DNA of 64,000 nucleotides from Escherichia coli (GTDB lineage Bacteria; Pseudomonadota; Gammaproteobacteria; Enterobacterales; Enterobacteriaceae): NCBI RefSeq assembly GCF_024298765.1, contig NZ_CP101212.1; one strand, 5' to 3'. Shown piece by piece: positions 21,004 to 30,978 of this stretch (position 1 is its first letter; each line of letters starts with the position of its first letter). The notes under the pieces were generated by a model. It saw only the letters and a program-made list of their open reading frames with translations, ran no database searches and was not told where the DNA came from. The position numbers and the translations under genes were made by a program.

Positions 21004-21410
21004 AAATGTTCATCAGCACTTATTTAAGGGCATAGACGGAAGATCAGTTCACCGATCGGGCAAAAGAGATGCTGGAGCAGTTTGTTTAGGAGCGGGGGCA
21101 TAAAATAGCCAGTTACTACCGGGAGAATATCAGCGGTACAAAACTTGACCGACCGGAACTGGGTCGCTTACTGATGGACAGTCACCGCAATGATATTTTG
21201 CTGGTCGAGCAAATTGACCGCCAGCGCCAAAAGCAGGGAGTTGAACTCGCACATACGCTGGGTAAATATCAGGGAAAACAGGTCGCTCAGGAACGGCATC
21301 AAAAGGTACTTTACTACCGGCAGGTCAAGAAAGAAACGGCAGATGCAACAGGGTACAGCACCTCCCAGATATGCCACATTCAGGCACTGTACCGACAATC
21401 AGAATCATGA
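21004..21410 (+). pseudogene. tnpR: Serine recombinase/resolvase (tnpR) remnant, divergent from tnpA
   Basis: Reads MFISTYLRA-TAG-TEDQ...; the in-frame TAG at 21031-21033 sits where the catalytic Ser of the Y.RVST..Q motif is expected, a second TAG at 21085-21087, and the C-terminal part is degenerate; 165 bp putative res region at 20839-21003. Confidence 0.6.
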
Positions 21411-21537
21411 GACTTTGGTTAAGCAGGTATGCAGAGCAGAATTTATAATCTATTTCATTCAGACTGATTAAATGGATTACAGAAGCTAAAGGGTCTTCTT
21501 TGTTCAACATGAAACCAGAAGACCCTTACTATTATTA

Positions 21538-22372
21538 TTAAAAAAGCAATTGGGTCAGATACCCCATAAGTATGGCCATACCCAGGATTACTGTCAGAAA
21601 AGCGACTATCATAGGCATTCTGAACATTGATTTAAGCAGTATTACTTCTGTCAAACTCGCTCCAGCACTACCGATTATCAAGGCCATTAATGCCCCCAGG
21701 CCCATTCCTTTAGTCATCAGCACTGATGCAAGTGGTATCACTGCCTCTGCGCGGATATACAACGGAATACCAACAACTGCACTCAGCGGTATGGCTAAGG
21801 GATTATCTGCTCCGGCATGAGCTGCAATCCACTCTGAAGGGATAAAGCCATAAATAAATGAACCTATTAATACACTTAACAAAAGATAAGGCAGAACATC
21901 CTTAAACTGCTGTAAGGCATCTTTCATAGCTAACTTTATTGGGCCAGAGGTGGTATTCGTTGTGAGATTCACATTGCCCAGATTCTCGCTGCTGCAACAG
22001 CTAACAGCTGGTTGTTCAGATGATATTGATGAACAACACGCTGATACGTTCTGCTCGTTCTTTACCGTCCTTAAGTTAATTATGGGGTTCGCTGATGAAG
22101 TACAGCAACTCGTTTTTAAAGGCAATTGAGTCGAGCTAGTGCTGCAACAACTGGAACCCGCCGACGTTTTTACCGAAGCTTCGGAATCATCGCATTTCGT
22201 GGTGCAACCACTTGATGCTGAGTTTTTGTGATCAACAATATGACGTTCAAATCCTAGTAAATCCAATACGATACTGGCAAGGACTGAGACACCGGCAGCG
22301 ATGATCGCGTACAACAAAGTTACTTTCCAGCCAAAGGTAACCCACATTAACCCCACGATAATGGGATTAAGC
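21538..22372 (-). pseudogene. ArsP-like permease, C-terminal fragment (gene split by IS66-family insertion)
   Basis: Multi-TM C-terminal portion with a Cys/Ser-rich loop (SSCCSTSS...SCCTSS...SACCSS...VSCCSS); continues to the IS66 boundary. Confidence 0.65.
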
Positions 22373-22402
22373 GTAAGCGGCTCGTCAGAACCGTATTGAT
22401 AT

Positions 22403-23974
22403 TTACTGAGAGCTCAGATCAACTTTCCAGGGCAACAGATCGCGTACCCGGTTTGCCGGCCAGTCCTGGATATGTTCAATGACGTAACGCAGCCACTTTT
22501 CTGGCTCCACATTGTTCAGACGGCATGTGCCGATCAGCGAGTACAACACCGCCGCATGTTCACCACCGCTGTCGGAACCCGCGAACATCCAGTTTTTCCG
22601 GCCTACGGCCACTCCCCGTAAGGCGTTCTCTGCGATGTTGTTGTCGATTTCCACCCAGCCATTACTGCAGTACACGTTCAGTGCATCCCACTGTTTCAGC
22701 AGGTATGCGAACGCTTTTGCCGTATCTGAGTGACGCGACAGTGTTTTCATCTGTTGCTGTATCCAGTCATACAGTGACTGCATCAGTGGCGCGGCTCTGG
22801 CTTTTCTTGCCGCCAGACGCTGTTCTGCTGAACAGCCCCGGACCTCTGCCTCGATGGCATACAGTTCACCGATACGCTGCAGGGCTTCCGTGGTGATGTC
22901 GGTGGGCGCTCTTGCATGCACATCGTGGATTTTTCTCCGGGCATGAGCCATACACGCGGCTTCCGTTATTCTGCCGGATTCGTATAACACCCGGTAACCA
23001 CCGTAAGCATCGGCCTGAAGCACACCGCTGTAACCGGCCAGGTGATTTTGTGGATGGATACCTTTCCGGTCCGGACTGTACGCGAACCAGACCGCCGGGG
23101 GCATCTGTGAACCGGCGTTGCGATCATCACGGACGTAGACCCACAGCCGGGCTGTCCGGGTTTTACCGCTGCCCGGCTCCTGGACCGGGACGGGGATATC
23201 ATCGGCATGGACTTTACCGGGCATCAGCACATACTGGCGCAGGACGTCATACAGCGGCTCCAGCAGTTCAGCAACAGCACCTGTCCAGCGCCCCAGTGTG
23301 GCACGGCTCAGCTCCACGCCCTGGCGACGGTATATTTCTGACTGGCGGTATAACGGCAGATGGTCTGCATATTTCCCGGTGACAACATGGGCCAGAAGCC
23401 CCGCTCCGGCATAACTGCGTGCAATGGGTTTTGAAGGCACCGGTGCCTGCACGATATGGTCGCACCGGCAACAGGCCTGTTTCGGACGTTGTGTTTCGAT
23501 AACCTTAAAGGCACTGCTGATAAGCTCCAGTTGCTCTGACACATCACATCCCAGTGGACTGAGTTCACCACCACAGGCCGGACAGCATTCCTCTTCCGGC
23601 CGGATGACCCGGGGTTCACGGGGAAGTGAAGCCGGTAACGGTTTACGGGCTGAAGACTGGCGCAGGGGGGATGGCAGTACCGGGTCATATTGCTCACCCA
23701 GCGTTTCTGCCATTTCTTCCTGAAGTGCGCTGATTCGCTCCTGTGCTTCCTGTATCTGCCGTTCGGTTTTTGCGCGAAGTTTTTCTGAGCTTTTACCGAA
23801 CTGCATACGCTGCAGTTTCGCAACCAGCGCCTTCAGCCGGTTGATTTCGGAAGCATAAGCCGCCACCCGCTGTGAGAGCAGGCGGTTGTATTCGGCCATC
23901 TGGCGGATGGTGTCCTGTTGCGTCTGCAACAGTGCCTGCAGGCGGGCATTCTCATGAGCAAGTGAGGTGTCCAT
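22403..23974 (-). CDS. IS66-family transposase (orfC)
   Basis: 523 aa with IS66 transposase features (CxxC zinc-finger region, DDE core). Confidence 0.9.
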   Translation of the reverse strand: MDTSLAHENARLQALLQTQQDTIRQMAEYNRLLSQRVAAYASEINRLKALVAKLQRMQFGKSSEKLRAKTERQIQEAQERISALQEEMAETLGEQYDPVLPSPLRQSSARKPLPASLPREPRVIRPEEECCPACGGELSPLGCDVSEQLELISSAFKVIETQRPKQACCRCDHIVQAPVPSKPIARSYAGAGLLAHVVTGKYADHLPLYRQSEIYRRQGVELSRATLGRWTGAVAELLEPLYDVLRQYVLMPGKVHADDIPVPVQEPGSGKTRTARLWVYVRDDRNAGSQMPPAVWFAYSPDRKGIHPQNHLAGYSGVLQADAYGGYRVLYESGRITEAACMAHARRKIHDVHARAPTDITTEALQRIGELYAIEAEVRGCSAEQRLAARKARAAPLMQSLYDWIQQQMKTLSRHSDTAKAFAYLLKQWDALNVYCSNGWVEIDNNIAENALRGVAVGRKNWMFAGSDSGGEHAAVLYSLIGTCRLNNVEPEKWLRYVIEHIQDWPANRVRDLLPWKVDLSSQ

Positions 23975-23993
23975 ATCCTCACTTTACAACGGG

Positions 23994-24341
23994 TTATATA
24001 CGGATTCCAGCGCGTTCCGTTCGTTTCGGGTGCTTCCAGTCGATGCCCTCGAGAAGCATGGATAACTGAGCCGGAGTAAGGTGCACCTTGCCGTCACGGG
24101 TGACTGGCCAGACGAAGCGGCCCCGCTCCAGGCGTTTGGTGAAGAGGCACAGTCCGTCACTGTCAGCCCACAACACTTTTATCTGGTCACCCCGGCGTCC
24201 GCGGAAGATGAACAGGTGTCCGGAGAACGGGTCATCCTTCAGGACGTTCTGAACTTTTGAGGCCAGGCCGTTAAAGCCATTTCGCATATCGGTGATACCT
24301 GCAACCAGCCAGATACGCGAACCTGCAGGGAGAGATATCAT
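23994..24341 (-). CDS. IS66 accessory protein TnpB (orfB)
   Basis: 115 aa, MISLPAGSRIWLVAGITDMRNGFNGLA..., typical IS66 Orf2. Confidence 0.9.
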   Translation of the reverse strand: MISLPAGSRIWLVAGITDMRNGFNGLASKVQNVLKDDPFSGHLFIFRGRRGDQIKVLWADSDGLCLFTKRLERGRFVWPVTRDGKVHLTPAQLSMLLEGIDWKHPKRTERAGIRI

Positions 24342-25018
24342 CAGTGGCTGCTCCCTTTTATTTCGCGGATAAGTGTCTGTAATAACGCCGGCGTCAGTTT
24401 ACCTTTAAGCCTGAGAGTTCCGGCCGGCAGAACCAGCTCACAACACAGACTGTCGGACGGTGTATTTATCTGCTCTGGTTCCTGTGCGGGGGCCGGGATT
24501 TTATTATCCGGCTCCGGCGTTAACGTCACGGGAAGCAGTGCCGGCATATTTTTTCCGGAAGGCAGCAGGCCACCTTTCCGGTATTGATGGCGCCAGTTGA
24601 AGAGCAGGTTATCGTTGATTCCGTTTTCCCGGGCGATCTGCGCCACACAGGCTCCGGGCTGCAGTGACTGCTCCACTAAGGCGATTTTAAACTCATAAGG
24701 GAAGTTGGGCCGCCGGGGACGTTTTTTTACCACGGGGGCTTCGGATATAACGGTGCTTTCAGGACGTACGACTGGTACCGTGGAAAATTGTCCGTAAAGG
24801 CAGGCATCAAGTTCCTGCTCCGACATGCCTGCGGGCAAAGGCCACGAAAGGCCAGCTCTCCGAAAGCGCACGAACATACTACAAACTGTTGATTTTGATA
24901 CACCCAGGCGACGCCCGGCCACAACCCGGGGTAAATGTTCTTCAAAGTGAAGACGTAAAGCTTCAGTGATCCAGGTCCGGTGTTTCATACGATAGTGTCC
25001 ATTAAAAATGATGGACAT
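24341..25018 (-). CDS. IS66 accessory protein (orfA)
   Basis: Overlaps orfB by 1 nt; HTH-like; start uncertain. Confidence 0.7.
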   Translation of the reverse strand: MSIIFNGHYRMKHRTWITEALRLHFEEHLPRVVAGRRLGVSKSTVCSMFVRFRRAGLSWPLPAGMSEQELDACLYGQFSTVPVVRPESTVISEAPVVKKRPRRPNFPYEFKIALVEQSLQPGACVAQIARENGINDNLLFNWRHQYRKGGLLPSGKNMPALLPVTLTPEPDNKIPAPAQEPEQINTPSDSLCCELVLPAGTLRLKGKLTPALLQTLIREIKGSSH

Positions 25019-25071
25019 TATTTTTGTAGAGCCGGAGGAAACAGACCAGACGGTTTAAATGAGCCGGTTAC

Positions 25072-25396
25072 GATTAAGCAACGGTGAAACAAACAAAAAA
25101 GTGAGTGTCGGACCAAACCCTGCTTTCGCCGACAACAACCCTCGTAGCATTGGAATTGTTGAGCAACTACAGAAAGGGGTAACGGCTCCCAACAACGAGG
25201 CCAGCAGGTAGCCTTTTCCTTTTTTCGCCCCTATCAATTGCTGGATTTTATGGTCCGGGACCTTTTGCCTTATCAGGCTCACACCGGCACTGATGACAAT
25301 AAACAGCAAAGATAGCTCGACGGCCAAAAACAAAAACATCTCTGCGGCATCTTGCAGCATAGAAATCCAACTATTCATACTAAACCCTCTTGACAA
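25072..25396 (-). pseudogene. ArsP-like permease, N-terminal fragment
   Basis: Contains the TPFCSCS motif that I recall as characteristic of ArsP organoarsenical efflux permeases; interrupted at the IS66 target duplication. Confidence 0.65.
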
Positions 25397-25416
25397 AATC
25401 TACGTTTCTAGAATAA

Positions 25417-25463
25417 TCGAAATATAATTCTGGTCAAGATATTTCTGGTATTATCGAAATATC
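25417..25463. promoter_or_regulatory. Direct repeats ATCGAAATAT (x2) in the arsR-arsP divergent intergenic region; candidate operator
   Basis: ATCGAAATATA at 25417-25427 and ATCGAAATATC at 25453-25463; region flanked by the inverted 8-mers aaccctct (25383-25390) and agagggtt (25471-25478). Confidence 0.3.
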
Positions 25464-25483
25464 ATTAGACAGAGGGTTGTCAC

Positions 25484-25807
25484 ATGCAACTGGAAGAAGT
25501 AGCTAAAGCACTAAAAGAGCTGGGTCACCCGACCCGTTTGTTCATATTCAAACATCTTGTAAAAGCTGGAGAACAAGGTTTGCCTGTAGGTGAATTGCAA
25601 AAGCAGCTTGGCATTCCCTCATCAACGTTAAGTCATCATATTTCAGCCCTGGTATCAGTAGGGCTCGTCACACAAAACCGGGAGAGTCGAACGCTCATGT
25701 GTGTCTCTCAATACGAAATACTGGAAGCTATCATCGAATTCTTACGTGAAGAGTGCTGTGTAAACAGTAAAACAGATGTTGCGGAACACGCTGGCAAAAA
25801 TGGATAA
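25484..25807 (+). CDS. arsR: ArsR/SmtB-family metalloregulator
   Basis: 107 aa winged-HTH (HPTRL.I...L, LSHH), C-terminal Cys pair; divergent from the arsP-like permease. Confidence 0.8.
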   Translation: MQLEEVAKALKELGHPTRLFIFKHLVKAGEQGLPVGELQKQLGIPSSTLSHHISALVSVGLVTQNRESRTLMCVSQYEILEAIIEFLREECCVNSKTDVAEHAGKNG

Positions 25808-25908
25808 GTAACCGGAAAACTCATAACTGTCATGATTGACGAAAGCTGCATCGGGTGATGCTGCCAACTTACTGATTTAGTGTATGATGGTGTTTTTGAG
25901 GTGCTCCA

Positions 25909-26184
25909 GTGGCTTCTGTTTCTATCAGCTGTCCCTCCTGTTCAGCTACTGACGGGGTGGTGCGTAACGGCAAAAGCACTGCCGGACACCAGCGCTATCT
26001 CTGCTCTCACTGCCGTAAAACATGGCAACTGCAGTTCACTTACACCGCTTCTCAACCCGGTACGCACCAGAAAATCATTGATATGGCCATGAATGGCGTT
26101 GGATGCCGGGCAACTGCCCGCATTATGGGCGTTGGCCTCAACACGGTTTTACGTCACTTAAAAAACTCAGGCCGCAGTCGGTAA
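25909..26184 (+). CDS. insA: IS1 InsA
   Basis: 91 aa. Confidence 0.9.
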   Translation: MASVSISCPSCSATDGVVRNGKSTAGHQRYLCSHCRKTWQLQFTYTASQPGTHQKIIDMAMNGVGCRATARIMGVGLNTVLRHLKNSGRSR

Positions 26185-26606
26185 CCTCGCGCATACAACC
26201 GGGCAGTGATGTGATTGTCTGCGCTGAAATGGACGAACAGTGGGGCTACGTCGGTGCTAAATCACGTCAGCGCTGGCTGTTTTACGCGTATGACAGGATA
26301 CGGAGGACAGTTGTGGCGCACGTTTTCGGTGAACGCACTCTGGCCACACTGGAGCGTCTTCTGAGCCTGCTGTCACCCTTTGACGTGGTGATATGGATGA
26401 CGGATGGCTGGCCGCTGTATGAATCCCGCCTGAAGGGAAAGCTGCACGTAATCAGCAAGCGATATACGCAGCGAATTGAGCGGCATAACCTGAATCTGAG
26501 GCAGCACCTGGCACGGCTGGGACGGAAGTCGCTGTCGTTCTCAAAATCGGTGGAGCTGCATGACAAAGTCATCGGGCATTATCTGAACATAAAACACTAT
26601 CAATAA
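26103..26606 (+). CDS. insB: IS1 InsB
   Basis: 167 aa. Confidence 0.9.
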   Translation: MPGNCPHYGRWPQHGFTSLKKLRPQSVTSRIQPGSDVIVCAEMDEQWGYVGAKSRQRWLFYAYDRIRRTVVAHVFGERTLATLERLLSLLSPFDVVIWMTDGWPLYESRLKGKLHVISKRYTQRIERHNLNLRQHLARLGRKSLSFSKSVELHDKVIGHYLNIKHYQ

Positions 26607-26890
26607 GTTGGAGTCATTACCCGCATGATTCAGCAGATAAATCCTTGAAAGCAGGTACTCAGCCCTCAGTGAACAGAATAAGTCAGCGTAATGTACTTTA
26701 GTGCTGACCACGTGCTCTGTATGATACAGAATCTATCTACTATAAACGAAAATACAGCACGATCAATGCTCACACTCTATATGGGACGTTCGTACCTGGA
26801 CATGATTATCTGTGTTCAATGTCCCCGCATGACCGTCTTAACATCCAGAATATTACGTTTCCAAAAAAACCAGAAATGATAAAAAATGAG

Positions 26891-26928
26891 CTTAACGTAC
26901 AATAATTTTCGATATCCAAACTGACCCC
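26891..26928. repeat. Tn3-family terminal inverted repeat (distal)
   Basis: Reverse complement identical to 17828-17865. Confidence 0.9.
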
Positions 26929-26999
26929 TGTAAGGCTGGCGCCTGGCGCTTTATGACATGAACGGTTGTAACCTTATGGGGAAGTCCATTGCAGTTAAA

Positions 27000-27008
27000 T
27001 GTGGATAA
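27000..27008 (-). promoter_or_regulatory. DnaA box (TTATCCACA on the minus strand), probable repA1-proximal edge of RepFIIA oriR
   Basis: Perfect TTATCCACA; about 168 nt downstream of the repA1 stop once the IS66 insertion is removed in silico, the position recalled for the R1/R100 oriR DnaA box. Confidence 0.5.
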
Positions 27009-27111
27009 GCAAAATTCCCCGTCTGTGAGGCGTGTTTTGTATCAAAAACAGGGGGGGCCAGATGCACCAGAAGGGTAAGCGTGCAGCAAGAACCGTATTG
27101 ACGGGGATGTG

Positions 27112-28650
27112 TTATTCAGTCGGCAGTGCTACGCGCCAGGGGAGCAGTTCGCCGACCCGGTTTATCGGCCAGTCGGCTATGACGTCAAGGACATAGCGGA
27201 GGTAGCTTTCTGGCTCCACTCCGTTCAGTTTGCACGTCCCGATCAGGCTGTACAGCAGCGCTCCCCGCTCTCCTCCATGATCCGAACCGAAGAACAGGTA
27301 GTTTTTGCGGCCCAGACTGACCATCCGCAACGCATTTTCAGCGATGTTATTGTCCGCCTCAGCCCAGCCATCATCTGCATAGTACGTCAGCGCCGGCCAC
27401 TGGTTCAGGGCGTATGCGAACGCTTTCGCCAGTTCTGAGTGTCGCGACAGGGTTTTCATCTTTTCACGCAGCCAGCTTTCCAGGGATTTCAGCAGCGGTT
27501 TCGTTTTCAACTGACGTTCGGCAAGGCGCTGCTCCGCCGTCATTCCCCTTATCTCTGCCTCGATGGCGTACAGTTCGCCGATCCGTTTCAGCGCTTCCTC
27601 CGTCAGGGCTGACGGGGTGCGAACGTGCACATCGTGGATTTTACGGCGGGCGTGAGCCCAACAGGCGGCTTCCGTTATCCGGCCATCCCGGTACAGCTCG
27701 TTGAACCCGGCGTATGCATCCGCCTGCAGTACACCACTGAACCCCGCAAGATGGGTCTGCGGATGGATGCCTTTTCTGTCCGGGCTGTAAGCGAACCACA
27801 CCGCCGGCGCCAGCGTTGACCCGGCGTTACGGTCGTCACGAACGTAGGTCCATAACCGCCCGGTCTTCGTTTTCTTATTGCCTGGCAACAGCACCGGGAC
27901 AGGCGTGTCATCAGCATGGAGCTTACCGTCAGTCAGCACATAGTCCTGAAGCGCTTCTTCCAGCGGTGACAGTAGCCGGCAGCATGCATCCACCCAGCCC
28001 GACAGCAGTGAACGACTCAGCTCCACGCCCTGGCGGCCGTACATTTCAGACTGGCGGTACAGCGGGGTGTGCTCTGCATACTTTGAGATCAGCACGCGGG
28101 CCAGCAGCCCCGGTCCTGCGATACCCCGCTCGATGGGCCGTGAAGGCGCGGGGGCCTGCACGATGGCATCGCACTGAGTACAGGCATGCTTTTCACGTAC
28201 AGTCCGGATAACCCGGAAGGCGCTGCGCATCAGCTCCAGCTGTTCGGCGGCATCCTCACCCAGATAGCTCAGCGAGCCTCCACATTCCGGGCAGCATGAC
28301 GCTGCCGGCAGCAGCCGTTTTTCATCGCGGGGGAGTGATTCGGGGAACGGTTTGCGGGTGCGGGTTTGACGCAGCGGGCGCTGCACGGCCGGGTCGTCAA
28401 CCCGACCGGTAAGGGTATCACTTTCTTTCTGAAGTGCCTTCAGGTCAGCTTCCATCTGTGCGATACGACGGGAGACTTTTTCCGAGCGGCTGCCGAAGTT
28501 CATCCGGCGCAGCTTATCCAGCTGTGCCTGCAGATGGTCTATTTCGCGTTCACGCTCGTTCAGCTTTTCCTGCAGGGCACGGTTCAGCGCCTCCTGTTCG
28601 GCAAGGAGACGTTTCAGTGCATTGATATCGTCAGGAAGTGAGCTGCTCAT
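27112..28650 (-). CDS. IS66-family transposase (orfC)
   Basis: 512 aa. Confidence 0.9.
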   Translation of the reverse strand: MSSSLPDDINALKRLLAEQEALNRALQEKLNEREREIDHLQAQLDKLRRMNFGSRSEKVSRRIAQMEADLKALQKESDTLTGRVDDPAVQRPLRQTRTRKPFPESLPRDEKRLLPAASCCPECGGSLSYLGEDAAEQLELMRSAFRVIRTVREKHACTQCDAIVQAPAPSRPIERGIAGPGLLARVLISKYAEHTPLYRQSEMYGRQGVELSRSLLSGWVDACCRLLSPLEEALQDYVLTDGKLHADDTPVPVLLPGNKKTKTGRLWTYVRDDRNAGSTLAPAVWFAYSPDRKGIHPQTHLAGFSGVLQADAYAGFNELYRDGRITEAACWAHARRKIHDVHVRTPSALTEEALKRIGELYAIEAEIRGMTAEQRLAERQLKTKPLLKSLESWLREKMKTLSRHSELAKAFAYALNQWPALTYYADDGWAEADNNIAENALRMVSLGRKNYLFFGSDHGGERGALLYSLIGTCKLNGVEPESYLRYVLDVIADWPINRVGELLPWRVALPTE

Positions 28651-28698
28651 ACCGGGTATATTACCAGGCTCATTCAGCGTCGACCAGGATAAAGAGGC

Positions 28699-29046
28699 TT
28701 ACAACATAGTCAGGGACGTAAGCAGTCTTTTAGGCTGCCGCCAGTCGATACCTTCCAGCAGCATCGCCAGCTGTGCCGGTGTGAGGAACACTTTGCCATC
28801 CCGGGCTGACGGCCAGGCGAAGCGGCCGCGCTCCAGCCGTTTGGTCAGCAGACACAGTCCATCGCCGGTAGACCAGAGGAGCTTTACCTGACTGCCATTA
28901 CGCCCACGGAAGATAAAAACGTGACCTGACATCGGATCGTCTTTCAGCGTCGTCTGCACCTTTGCCGCCAGGCCGTTGAAGCCGTTTCTCATATCGGTGA
29001 TGCCAGCGACCAGCCAGATCTTTGTCCCTGATGGTAATGGGATCAA
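28699..29046 (-). CDS. IS66 TnpB (orfB)
   Basis: 115 aa. Confidence 0.9.
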   Translation of the reverse strand: MIPLPSGTKIWLVAGITDMRNGFNGLAAKVQTTLKDDPMSGHVFIFRGRNGSQVKLLWSTGDGLCLLTKRLERGRFAWPSARDGKVFLTPAQLAMLLEGIDWRQPKRLLTSLTML

Positions 29047-29447
29047 CGTTTGAGCTCCCGTATCAGCAGGTTCAGGATATTTTCACTGATGGCACCATTC
29101 AGACGGAGTGATCCGTGCCGGAACGTCACTTCACAGCTGATATTGAGTGATTCAGGTGTCGCAGTAGCTACAGGTTGTGACCGGGGGGAGGTTGTAGGGA
29201 CAACATCTTCGGCATCAAGTGTTATCGGGAGCAGCTCAGGCACGTTGTTTTCTGTTGTTGAAGGAGGACGTAGTTTTCCTTCGCGCCAGTACTGGCGCCA
29301 CTTGAACAGCAAATTATCGTTGATCCCATGCTCACGAGCGAGTTGCGCTACGGAGATCTCTGGTCGATGCGAGAGTTCAACCATTTTGATTTTGAACTCA
29401 ACGGGATAATTAGGGCTTTTTTTACGCACTGCGGTTAATGATTTCAT
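29043..29447 (-). CDS. IS66 orfA
   Basis: 134 aa, overlaps orfB. Confidence 0.85.
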   Translation of the reverse strand: MKSLTAVRKKSPNYPVEFKIKMVELSHRPEISVAQLAREHGINDNLLFKWRQYWREGKLRPPSTTENNVPELLPITLDAEDVVPTTSPRSQPVATATPESLNISCEVTFRHGSLRLNGAISENILNLLIRELKR

Positions 29448-29645
29448 GGATAGCGTCCACCATATTTGGTGTCCACTATTCTCTCAGGAATTTCAGGATC
29501 TGCCAGACGGTGCTGAGACGACGCTTACCCAGAAGGTGGATGATGAGGTTGTTTTTTGTATGAGGTGCTGCTTTTTTGTTCGCTGGCAGGCTTCAGGCGT
29601 GCGAATGCCTCCGGTGCGGGCCGGATTATTCAGAAGAGGTCACTT

Positions 29646-30503
29646 TCAGGGGGAAGCTGTGGCCAGCCGGCTGTAATTACGGTTACGTGACAGAATCATG
29701 CGCTCTTTCACACGACGCTCCACTTCGCGTTTTACCGCCTCACGATTGGCAGTGAAGCGCCCTTCCGAGATTTCACGCGTCAGCTGCCGTTTCACCAGGG
29801 TGACGATATCCTGACGTTCCCTGTTCGCATCACGACGCGCACGGGCACGCTTTATTCCACGGGACTTAAGCTCTGTCTGGTAACTGCGGAAACGCTCACG
29901 CACAAAACGCCAGGCTTTCGCTATCAGTTCATCCATACCCAGGGTATCCAGCCCCTGCTTTTTGCGCTGTCTGTTTTCCCATTCAACACGACTGCGGCGC
30001 GCAGCAACCACTGCATCCTCAGACACATCAAGGGCGGCAAATAACGCCGGTGTGAACGTGATATCGGTCGGAATGTAGCACCCGATAAGCGGATCATATT
30101 CCGTCTGGTAGGTAATCAGTCCCAGCTCTGCAAGGAACGTCAAGGCTCGGGAGGCCCGGGTGATGGAGAGTTTTCCGGCAGCAGACTCCGTCGCCAGTCC
30201 GCACTCAATGGCCAGCGTAGTGATGGAGCACTGGACGCGGTTGGCCAGCGGGTCATAGTGAAAACACAGCCCCTGCAGCAGCGCATCAATAGCCCGGCGA
30301 CGCAGTACCGGTGGCATGCGCCGACGCAGTCCCTTCGAACGGGCATGTGCCACATGAATGGCGAAATCAAAACGGGAGGTGAAGCCCACCGCCTTTTCCA
30401 TCAGTTTTTCGCAGAACTTCAGCGTTCCGGCACCTTCACGGGGTGTGAACACCGGATTCGGATTTTTAACCTGTGAATAGTATTTTTGAAGGAGATCAGC
30501 CAT
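29646..30503 (-). CDS. repA1: IncFII replication initiator RepA1
   Basis: 285 aa from [31 protein letters not shown]...; RBS GGAGGGGGA upstream; matches the R100/R1 RepA1 family as recalled. Confidence 0.92.
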   Translation of the reverse strand: MADLLQKYYSQVKNPNPVFTPREGAGTLKFCEKLMEKAVGFTSRFDFAIHVAHARSKGLRRRMPPVLRRRAIDALLQGLCFHYDPLANRVQCSITTLAIECGLATESAAGKLSITRASRALTFLAELGLITYQTEYDPLIGCYIPTDITFTPALFAALDVSEDAVVAARRSRVEWENRQRKKQGLDTLGMDELIAKAWRFVRERFRSYQTELKSRGIKRARARRDANRERQDIVTLVKRQLTREISEGRFTANREAVKREVERRVKERMILSRNRNYSRLATASP

Positions 30504-30978
30504 GTCCCCCTCCAACACTATTCCCCCTCCTACGGGCGGTAACTAGCTCGTCTGGGCCGACACGTAAAGTTTCGAACATATCTGGTCTGAACCAGATGGT
30601 TCCTCCATCAAAAGCGATGAGATGAAGATCATTATCAAGAGTTTTGAGGGCTCTCCAAACACGAGTGTATGAACCTCCACTACAAACTGAAAGCTCTTTA
30701 ACAGATAAGTTAACTTTGTTCGTATCAGGGATGTAGTGTGCGCACATTACTTGTACGAGGGAAACATAAAAACTAACCATCGACGCGCTGATTTTATTTT
30801 TACGTTTGCCATGCGCTATTGCAAGCAAACCTCTGATGAAGATCAGATGCTTGAAGGAGTCAAAATGAGCCCTTTTCTGGAGAAGGCTGCAAAACGGGTG
30901 AGGATACTTGCTGGAATCAATGTGAAGATCTGATTCAATCCCACCCGCTATTACTGAATGTGTTTCATGATTAGCCAC
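30496..30978 (-). pseudogene. Truncated divergent repA paralog (repA'), stop overlapping the repA1 start
   Basis: 160 codons from a GTG directly after tap; collinear with RepA1 residues about 1-172 at roughly 30-35 percent identity (FC..L..K.A; CAHYIPDTNKV vs [11 protein letters not shown]; SYTRVWRALKTL vs [12 protein letters not shown]; [25 protein letters not shown] vs [25 protein letters not shown]); TGA overlaps the repA1 ATG (ATGGCTGA). Confidence 0.6.

Larger units (their letters stand above)
22373..25071 (-). mobile_element. IS66-family insertion sequence (2699 bp) inside arsP
   Basis: Three-ORF IS66 layout; imperfect terminal IRs beginning GTAAGCGGCTCG / GTAACCGGCTCA; flanked by the 8 bp direct repeat GATTAAGC (22365-22372 and 25072-25079). 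Confidence 0.85.
25854..26621 (+). mobile_element. IS1 (768 bp), second copy, inside the Tn3-family element
   Basis: Canonical IS1 ends; InsA/InsB differ from copy 1 at several residues; 9 bp flanks do not match. Confidence 0.95.
17828..26928 (-). mobile_element. Tn3-family transposon (about 9.1 kb) carrying tnpA, a tnpR pseudogene, an arsR/arsP module, one IS66-family element and one IS1
   Basis: Identical 38 bp terminal inverted repeats GGGGTCAGTTTGGATATCGAAAATTATTGTACGTTAAG at 17828-17865 and, reverse-complemented, 26891-26928; flanked by the 5 bp direct repeat TGTAA (17823-17827 and 26929-26933); tnpA ends inside the IR. Confidence 0.85.
27075..29528 (-). mobile_element. IS66-family insertion sequence (2454 bp), second distinct element
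   Basis: Three-ORF IS66 layout; IRs GTAAGCGTGCAGCAAGAACCGT / GTAAGCGTCGTCTCAGCACCGT; flanked by the 8 bp direct repeat CCAGAAGG (27067-27074 and 29529-29536). Confidence 0.85.

Noticed and set aside
14841-26621. IS1-flanked composite transposon spanning pemIK to arsR
   Set aside because: The two IS1 copies are not identical, no flanking duplications match, and the interval contains the independent Tn3-family element with its own IRs and TSD
30496-30579. Possible 27 aa tap-like peptide ([27 protein letters not shown]) directly upstream of repA1
   Set aside because: This segment aligns with RepA1 residues about 147-172, so it is the C-terminal end of repA'; the true tap is at 30971-31045
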